A stretch of DNA of 64,000 bases from NCBI RefSeq assembly GCF_041956535.1, contig NW_027192191.1:193702-257701 (forward strand). The letters are read 5' to 3'. A model generated the notes under the pieces. The model was given only the letters and a program-made list of their open reading frames with translations. It had not been told where the DNA came from and ran no database searches. The first letter of the stretch is position 1, and each line of letters opens with the position of its first letter. Of this stretch, positions 36,288-50,146 are shown one piece after another. The translations under genes and the position numbers were made by a program. This DNA is from Calcarisporiella thermophila CBS 279.70 (Eukaryota > Fungi > Calcarisporiellomycota).

Positions 36288-37958
36288 ATGTCTACCAATA
36301 CACAAGCCTCATCCTCTAAAGGCAAAGGCCATTCTTCCCAGGACCAAGCTCAACCCCAGGACGAGGAATTTGTCGAGGTTCTCTTTACCGCCACCGCAAC
36401 CTGCTCGCTCCTTGCCGCAGGCGAGCAAAAAGTAGTTGGGCGGGGAGAAATCAACATCCTACAAATCACGATGACTCACGAATGGGAAGTGAAGCAGCTT
36501 ACGTTTCTTCAGCAGGAAGGAAATGGCGCGGATTTGCCTGGTGTGATCCATCCGCTATTGCCTGAAATGAGAGCATTTAAAAGAGGAATGAATGAATTTT
36601 TATTCCCAGTTCCTGGAAGAGAAGGAACTGCCTATGTAGTTGAATTGTAAATACCTCAATTTCTCTTCTCCTCTTTATCGTATATTCGATTACTGAATGT
36701 CGATAATACTTATATTTTTATGTTCAAATTAGGGAAGGGATGGATGGAGATACTATTGAGACTCTTGAAGATCTGCTCTCCTGTCTAATTGTCTACGAAA
36801 ATCGACGCAATATTCGCAATACCTTAGCTCTGATTGACCAGAATGGCAGAGTTGTAGAAGAGCTTGCTCACAACGTACACCTTGCTTCGTCAGATGAGGA
36901 AAAAGCCACGGAAGTTCAGGGTGCAAATAGGATGCCCATTATCTTGGGGGCTGAAGAGGCGAGAGCACTCAGGGAAGGACGGCCAATTGAGCGAGTTCGT
37001 CCAGCAACAAATGGAGTTGGTGATACGCTTGTGACTTCTTCCGAGTACATTGCTTGGGCAGTGGTGAAGGGAGCAGGCCTATTAGCAAAGGGATTAACAC
37101 TGTAAGGCTCTCTTTCCTTTATAATTTCATCCATTGTAATTTTATATGTTTCTCTTACCACATTAGGGGGAGCAATGCTTTGTCGAAACGGATTACTCCC
37201 AAGGAGAAACCTGTCAATATATCACCCTCAACCCGAGAGAACATCCGAAGAGCTAAATATGTCACTGGAACTATCTATCGGGGTGAGTTAAGCAAGGATG
37301 AAGGGAACGATAGCTTGAGGTTGAACTAACTCTTTTCACCAGTTACCACAAAAGTTGTGGACACAGCCCTTAAGTACGCATTCGATGGAGCCAGCAAGGT
37401 TGCAAAGGGACTTGAGAGGCCCAAGGTAACATGGTTTTCTTATGGTGCTCTCATATAACAGGTTTATCGATTAACAACTAAAAGAGCGAGCAGGATCAGC
37501 ATTCTGCGTACACTGCGGCCAAATCTCTTGCAGTGCAATCGCTCCACGCCATTGGGATCATCGTCGAAGGTTTTCACGAGGGGGTACAGCAAGTGCTCAC
37601 GAGCGGAAAGCACGGCGCCTCCCAGATTGTCAATCGACGATATGGGCCGGAGGCAAGTGAAGTTGTGGCCGATGTCTTCGACGTTACCAATAACACAATT
37701 TGCACGCTGGTGTATATTGATGGAAGAGGCTTTACCAGGCGGGCTCTGTTAACTCGTGCGGGTGCGTATATTCTTGAGAGGCAAAGAGGCGAGAGAGAAA
37801 CAAATACCGCCATGGAAGAGAACATTGGCAGTAGGGATGAGCGTGGGAGAAACCAGGTCTTAGTTGAGACAATTCCGGATTCGGAGGAAGAGCCACAGGC
37901 TTCCAGTGCGCGCTTTATTCCATTAGAGAATATCCTGCCGGAAAAGAAGGATCAGTGA
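36288..37958 (+). CDS. Spartin/senescence-domain protein
   Basis: N-terminal beta-rich region (VGRGEINIL...HPLLP...FLFP...YVVEL), LALIDQNGRVV, then senescence-type helices: IAWAVVKGAGLLAKG, GSNALSKRITPKEKPVNISP, VNRRYGPEASEV. Confidence 0.8.
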
Positions 37959-38995
37959 TCTCCCTCTATCTTTTCATTCTAGAGGCGTGGGGGCGTGAAT
38001 TTCTTTGATCTGTGTTTTTATTGCTTTATTTTTTTTTCGCCTCGGCGTGCATGCGCGTTTGATTGTCATTAATTGTTTTATTAAGCTTGGCTGGATAGGA
38101 AGATCCGGTTGGATTAATAAGATCGTTTTAGTTGTAACTCTATTTTCTCACCTTTCGTCATTGGCATGCACCAAGGGGTGGGGCGTCCCCCCGTTTCATC
38201 CGCTATGGTGGAGCTTCGAGAGTAGACTAGAAACGCTACTAAGTTCACAATTAAGTGCATATCTCGCTCCCCTCCTAACATCGATGAGCTGTCCTGTCAG
38301 TTTCACTCGGTGAATAGTTGCTTCAAACAGAATGGAAACACCGGTGTGCAAAAATCCTATGTTAAGGATCTAATAGGTGGATGATCAAACCAAGACACCG
38401 ATATAACGTCTATGTTTGAAGGAGAAACATGTGTTGGTCACATCATTTGACGGTGACTTGGTGTTTGACATGGATAATTCTAGAAAAAATAGGATTCGCC
38501 CAAAGCGACGAAAACTTCCGGTGTTGGCACTGTGCAATTGATCAGGCTCGCTGAGGGGTAGAGAAGATGGCCTCGGCAAATGGCCACGGCTCCGGCGGCC
38601 CCTACTGTAGCTAGGCACAGCAATTTGCATTTGTCAACGGGCTGTGATTCGCTCGCCCCTTCCAAAATTGGGCCAATATAAACAAATCGAGCGAATTTCC
38701 TTTTGTTCCTCGGCAGCTAGGTCATAACTAAGTGAAACTTATAGGATCGGCCTAAACAAGTTAACACCATTAACATATGGGTATGCGTGTGTTCTGCATT
38801 AGGTTTGGGGCTAAACATGATAATTACGGTTTCTTCAGCACAAAACATAGGTTTGGCAAATCCTTCTTTATAAATGAACACCTTGCCCTTCACCCTCGAC
38901 TCTTTCTGCCCTTTGTCACCTTTTCCCGAATTTTCCCACTATTCCCGCCATCATCCACAAGCTAGTGCGACTGATGCGACTCTTCAATACATAGC

Positions 38996-39947
38996 ATGGA
39001 TTTAGATGGATCGAATAGCTCTAGCGCCACATCACCCATATCTTCTCCTCAGGAAGTTGCCTGGTTGCAACAAGCTACTATGGCCGTAGTCACCACCCAA
39101 CAGCAGGCTCAACAGTTGCTGCATTTCACAAATGAGCCTATCGACCTGTCCACCATGGCTCAGCTCCCGACCTATTGGGGAGATCCCCGTCAAATGCCAC
39201 AAGGGGAAACTTCGATTGACCGGCGAATGAGTGCGCCATCATGGCTGGCTCCTGGCGTCCCGCCCCGGTATCAGAACCAAATGCTCCACGATCCCCGATA
39301 CTCTTCCCTGCAAACCTCCGCTTCGGCCCCACCCCAGGCCGCGGTGGAAGAATACAGGCTGACCACGGGAGTCCCCCCTGGTGAGTCCTTGTTGTTTTTC
39401 CCATCTCCAATGCCAAACGTGCTAAAAATTTCTTGAATATATCTCGTTTGCTATATACCCTCTGAAAAATTGTATATAGAACCCCAGGCTAACATCACAA
39501 AAACCACTTCCCCCCAACTCCATCAAAACAAATTCCCCGCAAAAACATCTCCCCCAGCTTCTACAAGACGAATCGCCCCCGCTTATTCCGATGCACACTA
39601 TACTGTATTCTCGATATCAGAGAAGCACTCGTCCACCTCAACCCCATCGACTTCCTCGACCTCCCCCTCTACCTCGCGCCGTGCTGCCCAGAACCGGGCA
39701 GCCCAGCGCGCATTTCGGCAAAGGAAAATCCAATATGTCAAGGATCTGGAGGCAAAGGCACGAGAGCTGGAATCTATGCGGGAGGGATACCAGAAGTTGA
39801 GGGAGGAAAATCAGATCCTACGTGAGCGACTACGTCTGCTGGAGCAGGGGGTAAGTAGAGTCGAGGGACTGCGAACATTTAATGGGTTTATTTCTCACCA
39901 TTGAAGAAGCCAATAGCAAAAAGAGGTGGGGGGACGAGTATTTTTGA
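38996..39947 (+). CDS. bZIP transcription factor (AP-1/Yap/KapC-like basic region)
   Basis: RRAAQNRAAQRAFRQRKIQYVKDLE followed by a leucine zipper; intron after 39380; the final short exon (QKEVGDEYF-stop) is tentative. Confidence 0.88.
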
Positions 39948-40218
39948 TGGTGACGACAAAGACGAACCACCAGCAGAGGGTATGAGGTTCTTGGTAGGGT
40001 AAGATTCCGCTGGGCGGAATGGTACGGCACACCGCTGGTTTGATACGGAGCTGTTGTTCGCTTTTCGTTTTCTTGTTCTGCTAACTTATGTGCATTTCTT
40101 CATTTTGATTTTGATCAAAACGAATTCCGACTAAGCCTGAAATACCTTATTTCTATTTTCACTAATTTCAATACATTATTGCATATTTCCCATTTTCTTA
40201 TCTTTGTTGAATCTGAGA

Positions 40219-40822
40219 ATGGAGCCAAGATCGGCATCCCACACTCCCACACCTGTCCCGTCCTCCCCGCATCCCAGTCTGCAATCGCACAATATCCCCT
40301 CCTTCATCGCGCTTCATGATCAAACTTCGCGAACATGCCGCACTCCCATTGTCCATTTTGTTTTTTCTGGAGAGCCTGATCCAGCAGCGGATCCGGAATT
40401 TCTTTCCGGTCCTGGGTCAGACAAAGTGGTTGTGGTCCAGCTAGGCGAGGAAGGCGTGCAGGATGCCTTCAGTTTTGACCCTGATTTTGCTGTAGTGGAG
40501 GCCATGATGAAAGAGGGAATGTTGATAATTGAAGGCCGTTCGAGTGGAAGGTAAATTAATATTTACAAATACATGTATAATATATGCTATAAATCATCTT
40601 TTATTTCCTTTCGCGACCAGCGTGGATCGGCTGATGGAAGGAACAGCAGTTGAAGATCTAGATGAGTTGGTGAATGATTTCAAACAGAGGTATATATTTA
40701 ATGAGCAATTTGACAAAAATTCCTTGAACTGTATTAACATTGTTCTTTTGTTCATGTGAAGAAATGAATATATAAGAAAGAGCCTATCGTTTGGAGAGGA
40801 GTTCGATCAGGAAAAAGATAAG
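40219..40822 (+). CDS. Small protein resembling autophagy protein Atg31
   Basis: In-phase exons 40219-40550, 40621-40689 and 40762-40822 (153 aa): IALHDQ...PIVHFVFSGEPDP...KVVVVQLGEEGVQDAFSFDPDFAVV...LIIEG...LDELVNDFKQRNEYIRKSL. The gene itself is well supported; the family call is from pattern recognition. Confidence 0.6.
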
Positions 40823-41635
40823 ATGTAGTCTCCCTCCATCGTCACAATGCTGCTCGTTTCAATCTAATACATCACAATTCGACGCCCTCAACCCTCGGTT
40901 ACAATAGGAATCACCTTACTTAGACCTAGTCAATATACCAGCTGTAGGCTGCCCAGAGTTGGATTAAGCTAGGAGGGCAAGGGCTGGCTCAAGTTGGCTC
41001 TGGACATAATCCTATTTGTAAGCTTGGTGCCCGCTTTCTAACTCAAGTAAAACTTCATCCGTCTGAAGCTCTTCCAAATTTGGACATGGGCAACTCATGA
41101 CGCACTGAACTGTCAGAAAAATCTCGCAATGCTCACATGCGCTAAGGGAAAGATTGTCAGAGCATCCTTTTTTTTGTGATCGCATTTAATAGGAATTTTC
41201 GGTCTCTCTCTTCTTATTCATATTCATATTCTTAAACACAGCATATTCACCACAAAGAAAATATATAATTGAATAAAGATATTAGGACAAAAAGAAAAGA
41301 AGTTCTCACAGTAAATATCATTAATACAGAGAAGTAATGAACAAAAAAAAAAAAATAAAAGACGACGAGAGAAAAGAAGATAAAAAGTGATAAAAGTAGA
41401 AGTGATATGAGAATCTTTGGAGAGCACGGTGAAAAATAGCAGAGTAGGAAAGTAGAAAAAAAAGAGCAATAAAAAAGAAACTCTACATCAGGATTTAAGG
41501 TTAGTACTTGATCCTATTGTATAGAATGCAAAAATAAAATATTCCAAGGGCCAATAAAAAAGAATATATTCAGGGGAGAAAACGAGATACATGGCCCTTT
41601 GTTCTAATATATCCTCATTGCCATTTCCGGGCATG

Positions 41636-42196
41636 TCAATTAGGGATGTGTGTTATCAGTAGCCGCACCAACCCTGCGCCCCTTGCGCTAGTTTTCCGCG
41701 CAGCACGCAAAACTTCCGTATGTACCCCCATCCGCTTAGCTTTCTTCGGCGTCCCAGCCACTGAAGAAGTTGCGCTCGTAATCTTTCCCCCTCCAATTAT
41801 AACCGAGGTTGGGGCAGAAGTCGCAGGGCTCTCAGGCTGTACCTGTGGGTCGGAGTTGCCTTCCGCAGTGTCTGGAGAGGAGGTGTCACGCAGACACGTG
41901 GGTTCCATGATGACATGGCCCTGGAACACAGGGCGCATGCGAAATGCGAATACTAAACTCCTTTGCGCATGAGACTGGAGGAGGTTCGGAGAACGGATGG
42001 CTGCGGCTTTTCGTCGGTCTCGTTGTACCGTCACGCTAGGCGTGTGAGATTTGGTGCTGGCGTCACTGGACGATGTAGCCAGGGCGGGATGGTTGCGGGA
42101 GTTGGATTTCTTGGTAATTCCTCCCGCTGAGGCACCGTTCACTAGCGGTGATTTCGCATGCTTGCGTTTTGACGAGTTGGATTTTCGTTTGACCAT
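41636..42196 (-). CDS. Hypothetical basic, low-complexity protein with NLS-like segments
   Basis: Single ORF from ATG 42196 (MVKRKSNSSKRKHAK...PKKAKR), preceded by a pyrimidine-rich leader and followed by an AT-rich 3' region; no recognisable domain. Confidence 0.6.
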   Translation of the reverse strand: MVKRKSNSSKRKHAKSPLVNGASAGGITKKSNSRNHPALATSSSDASTKSHTPSVTVQRDRRKAAAIRSPNLLQSHAQRSLVFAFRMRPVFQGHVIMEPTCLRDTSSPDTAEGNSDPQVQPESPATSAPTSVIIGGGKITSATSSVAGTPKKAKRMGVHTEVLRAARKTSARGAGLVRLLITHIPN

Positions 42197-43254
42197 ATCG
42201 GTGGATGGAGGGGCTAAAATCGAGAAAGTTTCAGGGAAGATATGGAAGAGGGGGGGGGGGGGAGAAGAGTTGAGGGGGAGGGATTGGAAATTGGACAAGA
42301 AAAACTTGGAAGGTGAGTCTGGAAAAGATAATGGGTGCGAAGGAGGTTATTCTCTACACTCCACCGAAGACAGGGCAATTTCAGTGAAAATTTAAGTTAG
42401 TAAGGAGAGGGAAAAAATGGAATTAATACCCTTTTGAAAAATGGTGAGAAAAGAGCCGTGTGTTTGTGTGTGAGAGCGAGGAGCGCAGAGAGGGAAAAGT
42501 TCTCGCAGCAAAGAGGATCGTTCTCCCATACCCAATGATTTCCACTGCAGGATTTTCTCTCCGAAACTGAAGGCTTGTGGAACTGCTCTCATTTCTGGGG
42601 AAATATTCTAGCTAGTGTTTTTGGAATGTTGAGATGAAAATACACCAAAGAATGCCCGCAGGCTTGTTCATTCATCTAAGAGGATGGAATGTTCCTCTCG
42701 GCAAGCTTTTGCCAACACAATGATTATCATGAAATCTTTTTTTTGTGGGCCATTTCCTGTCGTTAAAATTTGTCTAAACGTGTGAAAATTGTTTTTTATC
42801 TAGATTAAAAAACCAAATTACACTGCCGAGGTGTAGGTGGATGGTTTACGTTTAAATGACTGATTGCACAAAAGTCCTTACTGCAAGGCTATCGTGACCT
42901 TTTTCCCTATGATTAACCCCATGTTTTGTTGTTAATGGAGAAATGAACTTCAAGCAATTTTCCAGATTATTTCTCCTGCATCTCGCGAACATACTAGGGA
43001 GAATTCCTATAATAATACACATGATATACCCAGCGATTCATATGATTCATCAACTTAGAAAATTCTCCTTATGCATTAGAGCAATAAGGCTGAATATGAC
43101 ACCATGCAAGTCCACCGTTGCTCTGAAACAATCTTATCGCGTCTGATATTTGGTGGCTTAGATTAAATTTGTTTATGGAGTGAAAAAGCAGTCCTAAAGG
43201 TTACGAGCCTAATATAGTTTTGAAAGGCACCGGGCTATTAAATGAGAGCGTGGA

Positions 43255-46200
43255 ATGGTTTTATTAAATCAACACAATTCGAAGGTGAACCCAATACCAA
43301 TTGATGACGCGTGGTCTCGATTGGTTGATGGTTATCTTGCTGAGCATCCCGATGACGAAATTCATCCTGCGGTCGCCCAGCTTGCTAAGTTCCTTGGGGA
43401 TGAGAAGACAACTTGGGAACAACAAAGCAGTTATCTTAAGGAAATGGGTAACTGGGCTACTCTTTAATCAATAGGTAGCACATGCCATAGCTAACCATGC
43501 GCCTTCATGCATTTTGACTTAGATAAAACCCTTCGAGGTCACCGAGACTCAAAGTCCACCTGTCCGAGTGCCACTCAAATTTCTCCCACATGCCGTGGCC
43601 AACTCGAAGCGACTCTTATGCGCACTATTTCTCCAATTTTTTTCGCGGCTGCGGAGCATCTTCCCCGTAAATATTGTATTCCCATAATAGAAATGCTTCA
43701 CTCCCTATCACCCGACATGTTTCCTCTGTTCCTCTCTGAGTACTCTCGCTACATGAGCTCCGATCCACTATATGAGTCGCATTCATATCAAGTCAAAGCC
43801 TTAACTATCCCAACGCTGCTTGGATTTTCTCTGGGTGCCCAAGCAGTACGAGAGAGATTCATGGAGGTATTAGAATACTTGACGAGTTGCTTGATGTCGT
43901 CCATGGTACGAGTGGAGGATCTATGCGCTAATCAACTGTCAAGTTTTTCGAGAGCACAACTCGTAGGCGATTGTCAAATGCTTGCCAAAACCCTACTGAT
44001 GATATTCACCTCTCACCCAGCCGAGACCCAGTCCACGTTTGGTGCGGTGCGCACCAAATGCCAAAGTTCGCAAGGGCATCTCTTCCGGCGTTTGGTATCG
44101 GCTTGTCTCAACCTGTGTACCCGTGATGATTGCTACACTAGGGAGTGTGCGCAGATTGGAGGCATGGCCTTGGGTGAACTTCTAGAAGTGGCTGGCAATG
44201 CCGAGGAATCGTGTCGCGATGTCATTGGAATCTTCTTTGGGGATCTGTCGGAGGGCAGTAGCGAGTTGATCACCACAAAAGTGGGCATAAAAATCCCGAA
44301 AACCTTGGTACAACAATCAGGCTGGAACGTGTATGATCCGCCTATGCTACCAGTTGCTAGAGGCATGATCTCGAACCTGCGGATGCAAACATTAATAGCA
44401 CCGATTCCTGCTGGAGTTGATTTCTATTCCGATTTGTTAAAGTAAATGTTGCATACTTTCTATTCTGCACAAAACCCTGTTTTCACCCATCCTCAACTTT
44501 ATGACAGGAATCTTGAAGAGACTCCAAGAACCCTCCACCATCTTCTCTACTTCGTCCTCTCTTACTTTTGCTCGTCAGTGTCAGAGCCCCAATCCCGAGT
44601 TATCGCATTTGAGGCATTGGGAATCTGGCTTCTTGTATCTAAACAAATCCTCTCCCTTCCCGAGGGCAAGCGTATCGCGCGAGAGTGTTTTACGGATGAT
44701 ATAATCCGTCGTCTTGTCGGCAATGTTTGGGATCATTGGGACGATCCCGTCGATGCTGTGCAACACAAAGTGAAAACGATCTTTGAATATCTTCTTGAGA
44801 TCGTGGCGGTCAAAGCAGAGCTAGAGGGGCGGAGAGAGGTGTACGATAAATTTTTAGAAGAGCTCCTCGAAACACTTCTGGCAATGGATTGGCATCGCAA
44901 AGTGAGTACCACAGGAGTATGTGCTTTTATTAATTTTGTTTTACAATGTTTTACTTGCTTCCATAGGTTAAATATGCACTCCTGACTCTCCTGTTACCTC
45001 ATACTGGAATCAAGGCCTTCTTGGAGATGCAGCCGAACTTCGTCGAAAACACCATGCAGGCACTCAGCAACATTATACTTGCTCCGCGTGCTACTGCTTT
45101 GCTTAACGCATTCTTCGAGCGCCAACTCATTGAAATGATGCCTGATGCAGATCACCGTAATATGAGAGCCGATGTTGCCAGCGAGGAGGCGTATAATGTG
45201 CGTAAAATGCATATTCTCCAAATATTAACGTCTTCGAACTAATCTTCACGCATTCTTTTGGGAAATAGTCATGGATCTCGCTCTGGTTCAATCCTCTTTG
45301 TCAAGCCCTCACATCCCCTGATCAACTTATCCGTAAAAATATCGCCAATCTTATTCTTCCGCGTTTATTGAAAGCCTCTCCGAAAGCATTCTGGCGATTG
45401 CTCCATACATTGCAAGATACAAAGGATTCTGAGGAGTCTGGTGCAGGTGCCGATTATCGATTGCACGCACTTGTGTCGGTAGTGAAAGTAGGGCGCTCGT
45501 TGGATATATTCGGTGGAGAGGCTTTTGCTGAAGGTAGATCAGTGTTTTTTTTAGGAATCTTTTCAGAAAACATGTTAACTAACTTTCTATATTTGTAGGA
45601 AACGTGACAAACAAAGAGAGACTCATCAATACCGATTTTCTCTATGATGCTATGTCGCATTCCGATACAGGTGTGCGTACAGATGCGCTTGGTATTTTGT
45701 GTGAGTCACGAAGGTCCACAGCAGAACCCACCCCCCGCGAATTTGCCCTGCTGCGTTCATTTATCCTAGCAAATATGAACATTACATCGGCTGATTTTCG
45801 TCAAAAGCTGGGCGCCTTCCTCGGCAAGTTACTCTTGCGAACTCGGACAGTATTATATACACATTGGAGAAACTACCAAGGAGCAATTAAGAAGATTCAT
45901 AAGGAAAAAAAGAACGTGCAGATGGCGGAAGAAGTAGTTAAAAAGAGAGAAAACGAGGAAAGGGACAAGTGGTTGGAGGCGATCGCTCCTTCCTGTGAAT
46001 TCCTTAACTTTCTTGTGCATGCCTGTTCTGCTTCACTACAACCTGGGGCCTCTTTCCAACGTGTATCCACTGCTCTCCGTATTCTTGGTTTGATTGTGCG
46101 AATTTTTGGCGTCGAGGGTGGAGCTTCGGCATCATTAGAGCCCAATGAGCAGTCCGCAAAGGTCCCATGGGTTTCTTCTCTACCGCCCAACTTGCGTACT

Positions 46201-49200
46201 CCACTTATTCACCCCCGTCTCACTCAACTTCTTCTAAGCGAGCTGCTTCATTCTTTTGCCGAGAATAGATTACAGGCATTCGATTTACTGATTGCCTTAC
46301 CGAACCCACTTCCAGGAGTAGAGACAGAAGCTCAGGCGCAAAATGTGATCCTTTGGGGTCTAGAGAGAATGAAGAGCACAAGAGCCGGAGAGAGCAATAG
46401 TGGAGCTACGATTTTTAGACTGATATTCAGAAAGTATATTGTGGGATTGGGATATGAGTTGGAAGTGGAGCCAGGAGTTAGTGGTCATCGAGACTCATAC
46501 GGTGTACCAGCCGGTTAGTTTACACACATTTAATCAAAATATCAAAAGCCAATATTAACCATCCAATATTTCTTCTAGCCGACTTTACAAGTAAGCTCCT
46601 CGATATGCTTGAAAAACAGACGAAAATTGCTTCGGAAAATCTCTTATTCGCTGCCCAAAGTTACCCTTTGCATGGCACACTACTTGCACTTCAGTATGCG
46701 AAGCTTAATTAAATGAACGACGGCCACGTATTAACCTGATTGCTATTCCTATTATAGATATCTTGTCCAAGAGTTAGATTACAGTGACGACCTAATTAAA
46801 ACTCACCTTTCCATTTGGCAGTCACTTCATGCAAGAGCCCTTTCACTAGTCCACAGCACCTGCTCCATAGTCCTCGATGTGCTCTCGAACCCTTCTCCTG
46901 AGGGGAATATGCCCGCCTCTTTCCAAGAGATGGAGGAGAATATTGACGAGTTAATTGCCGTTTCGCTCGAAACGCCCGAGATTATCAGCGATGCTGAAGC
47001 TGGTCCAAAGCAGCAGGTGATTTTGAGTTTTTGCTGGAGAGCAGTTAAAGAAGCAAGTGCCCTGCTGGGGACTATTGTAGCACGTGCACCTATTGCAAGT
47101 GAGAGCGGGAATAATGATGGATTCGTAGGTTATGATGACATGGTGAATGCGTGCCAGCTCTTTAGAGTTATGTTGACAAGCATCCGTCACCGCGGAGCAT
47201 TTTCTGCCGTGTATCCTGGATATGTTGAGCTCTGTACCCGTTTGCGCGCGTCGTCTCACCCCAAATTTTCCGATCTGCCTGCTCTTTGTCTTGAGGTAAG
47301 TTGTCATAAATTAAGAACTGATTTTGCCTATTATACCTGTTTAACCTTTGTCCTACTTCCCACTTAGGAACACATCCAAAGCATACTAGAGCAATCTATT
47401 TCGATCACTCGCCGTAGTGCTGGTCTTCCATTCTGTGTTCTGGCAGTTGTATCTAGTGAGCCGCATGGGCGGCATGTACTTTTACCCATGGCAATGAATC
47501 GTTTCATCGAGATCGCATCGCGTCCCACATCACCTGACGCTGACCAGACATTGGATTTACCACAAGTTCATGCTTTTAATGTATTAAGAACGATTTTCAC
47601 AGACGCGAAATTGGGGCAGGATGTTCTCCCATTTGTTGCCGAGGGGTATGAGGTCGCAATAAGAGGGTTCTCTTCACATACGTAAGTAATCTCTCATCTA
47701 GTCAGAATAGGCCCCAATGGTTAATATATTATTTTTATCAGCTGGGCTATCCGCAATTGCGCTGTTATGCTTTTTTCCACTTTATTGCAACGAACCTTTG
47801 GAGCCAAGAAGACTCGTGATGAACACCACACAATCAATACGCTTACAGGGCGCGAGTTCTTCGCCCGCTTCCCTCGGTTACACCCATTTCTCCTTGCTGA
47901 GCTGCAGGCTGCTGTCGACGATCTGCTGTCTCCCGGTCCAAAGGTTAATTCTGCACTTTACCCCGTGCTCACTCTATTATCACGGCTTCATCCTTCGTTG
48001 ATGGAGGGCACTGATACAATACTTACAACTGCACCTTTTGTGCCGCTGGTTATGTCTTGTGCTAAAAGTTCGATTTTTAAAACTCGAGAAATGGCTGCTA
48101 GAGCACTTGCGCCCCTTGTTACATCTGGAGAGTTGGTCAGCACTTGTGCAGAGTTGCTAAATATATGCTGTAGTACAACCTCTCAGAACGAAATGCACGG
48201 AAGATTGGCACAGATACAGTTGTTGCTGCGAGGGCATTTGTATAATGTCGCCTCTCCCGAGATCATGTTGGGTAAGGGCCCACCTCTATATAATTGCTTT
48301 TTTCTTTGTTTGGTTTTAACCTAACCTTCACAATGCTAATGTTTAGATCTGACCGAAAAACTGCCCGACCTCTTGCTGTCAGCTTGGACTATCCTCCTGA
48401 TGGACAATCGATGTGCCATTACGCGTGCGCTTTTCCTACAAATTGTCACAGAATTCTGTGTGGAGTCACGGTGGCTGTCCCGTACATTAGAGGATGAAGA
48501 AACCCAGGCAAAACTCTTAGCGAAAGCACATAAAGCTTTCGCTCTATTGAAGGAGAAGATGTCAGAATTCTGCCGTGAGGTGCTCTCGAAGACAGGAGAG
48601 GTGGAGGAGTTAGGCCAACATCTTGTGCGGCAACAAGCTGCGGAGGCTCTCACCTTCCTTAGCTTGGATTCGACCAATGCTGAAGTGTTCCTTAGCCTAC
48701 TTTCTGACTGCGATTATGAAGTCCGTTTCGTCACTCTCCAACGCCTCTCTTCCTCTTCCTCATTACTTGAAAATGATGAAATTCGCACAAAACTTGCGCG
48801 TATGCTTATAGAAGGCGAGCCGCATGTCTATTGCTTTGACATGGTGACGGAATTGTTGGCCAAGCTTCCGGAAGTAGGTGGCGTGGATTTGGCAGAGTTT
48901 TGGGAGGTGGTTGAGGGATATGCCACTGGGCGGAAAGGAAAAGCAAGTCCCACAAAAATGGAGGCGGTATTGCCACTGCTGGGGTCTCTTACTCTTCAGA
49001 CTTGGCGGAACCCTTCGTGCTCTGAGGAGATCCGTGCTCGTACTCTAAAAACGTGGTCGAACTTGGTTTATGAGAACAGCCATCCTGACAAGCCGCTTTC
49101 GTTGCGCGAAGCCGTCGTCTCCTCAGTTGAATATTTCGTGGAGATCTTGCCATTGAGCCGCGATATTGCGATGAAAAATGAAGATACTTCAGAGAGTTTA

Positions 49201-50146
49201 GCGAAAATCCATATGACTTTGGCGAGATTATTGCAGGATGATGATGCCGACGTTAGAGACGAAGCCGCAGAAATTGTTGGAAAATTGTCCGGCGGGAATC
49301 ATGTAACGCATTAATGAATTTTTGGCAAGGTGATATTCAACGTTGACAATTTTATGTATAGGCACAGACACGGATAACTTCTGAAAAGGCACTCAAAGAT
49401 ATATATACCCATATTCTTTCCAATTTTCCCCGTTCACCTGCATTATACCGCATGCTTTTGTCAACGCTCCTTGCTAATGAGGAACCCTGTAAGTTTGTTA
49501 TTTCTTTAATCCAATTCGAAAACCATGTGATTTCTAAGTTATGCACGGCTATTTATATGTAGTGCAAATACTGGAAGAAGAGCTCAACCCGAGCCGCGTG
49601 CTTTTCGCGGTCGAAAAAAGCAATATCTATAAAGAAGACCAGGCTGATCTCGAGATGACTTCGGTAGCTCTTTTGATGGGAGCATCTCAGCATAAAGAGG
49701 TCGTCAGAAGTGCAGTTGAGGGGCCAATAAGAGAGGCATGCAAAAAAGCATTGGACACTTTGAAGGCGGCTGCAAAATTACTCGAGAAAGAATCTCCTGA
49801 CTCTAATGTATTTTGAAAACTCGCTAAATGAATTAGACTCGAAACTGACAGTTTGTATCCTGTGTAGGTGAAAGAATACGGTGCTTTGAACTTCACCTCT
49901 CGCGAGCGCGTGTTCTTCATTCTGTGGCGAGCCATATTGGTTCTCTCTGTGGGAGTGGAGCTTCTCGGTTCGGATGGACCCGTTGGCGAAATTCAGAGCA
50001 TGCTTATCCATTTAAGTGCGATTCCAATGCACCCTCAGCTCCACGATCAGCTCTATTTTAGGGAAGAGGAACATCATGAAGGGAGAAGGGTAGGGATACT
50101 AGGGGGACAAAGTTTGTCGGAAAGGTTACGCGGGATATCCGTATAG
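43255..50146 (+). CDS. TRM732: THADA/Trm732 (DUF2428) ARM-repeat tRNA 2'-O-methylation cofactor
   Basis: Large multi-exon gene with WDHWDDPVDAV, STRAGESNSGA, SNPSPEG, CWRAVKEAS, IRHRGAFSAV, TRRSAGLPF, PQVHAFNVLR, WAIRNCAVMLFSTL and FFARFPRLHPFLL. The start codon is tentative. Confidence 0.93.

Noticed and set aside
38385-38665. Short ORFs upstream of the bZIP gene
   Set aside because: No consistent exon chain or recognisable product could be built.
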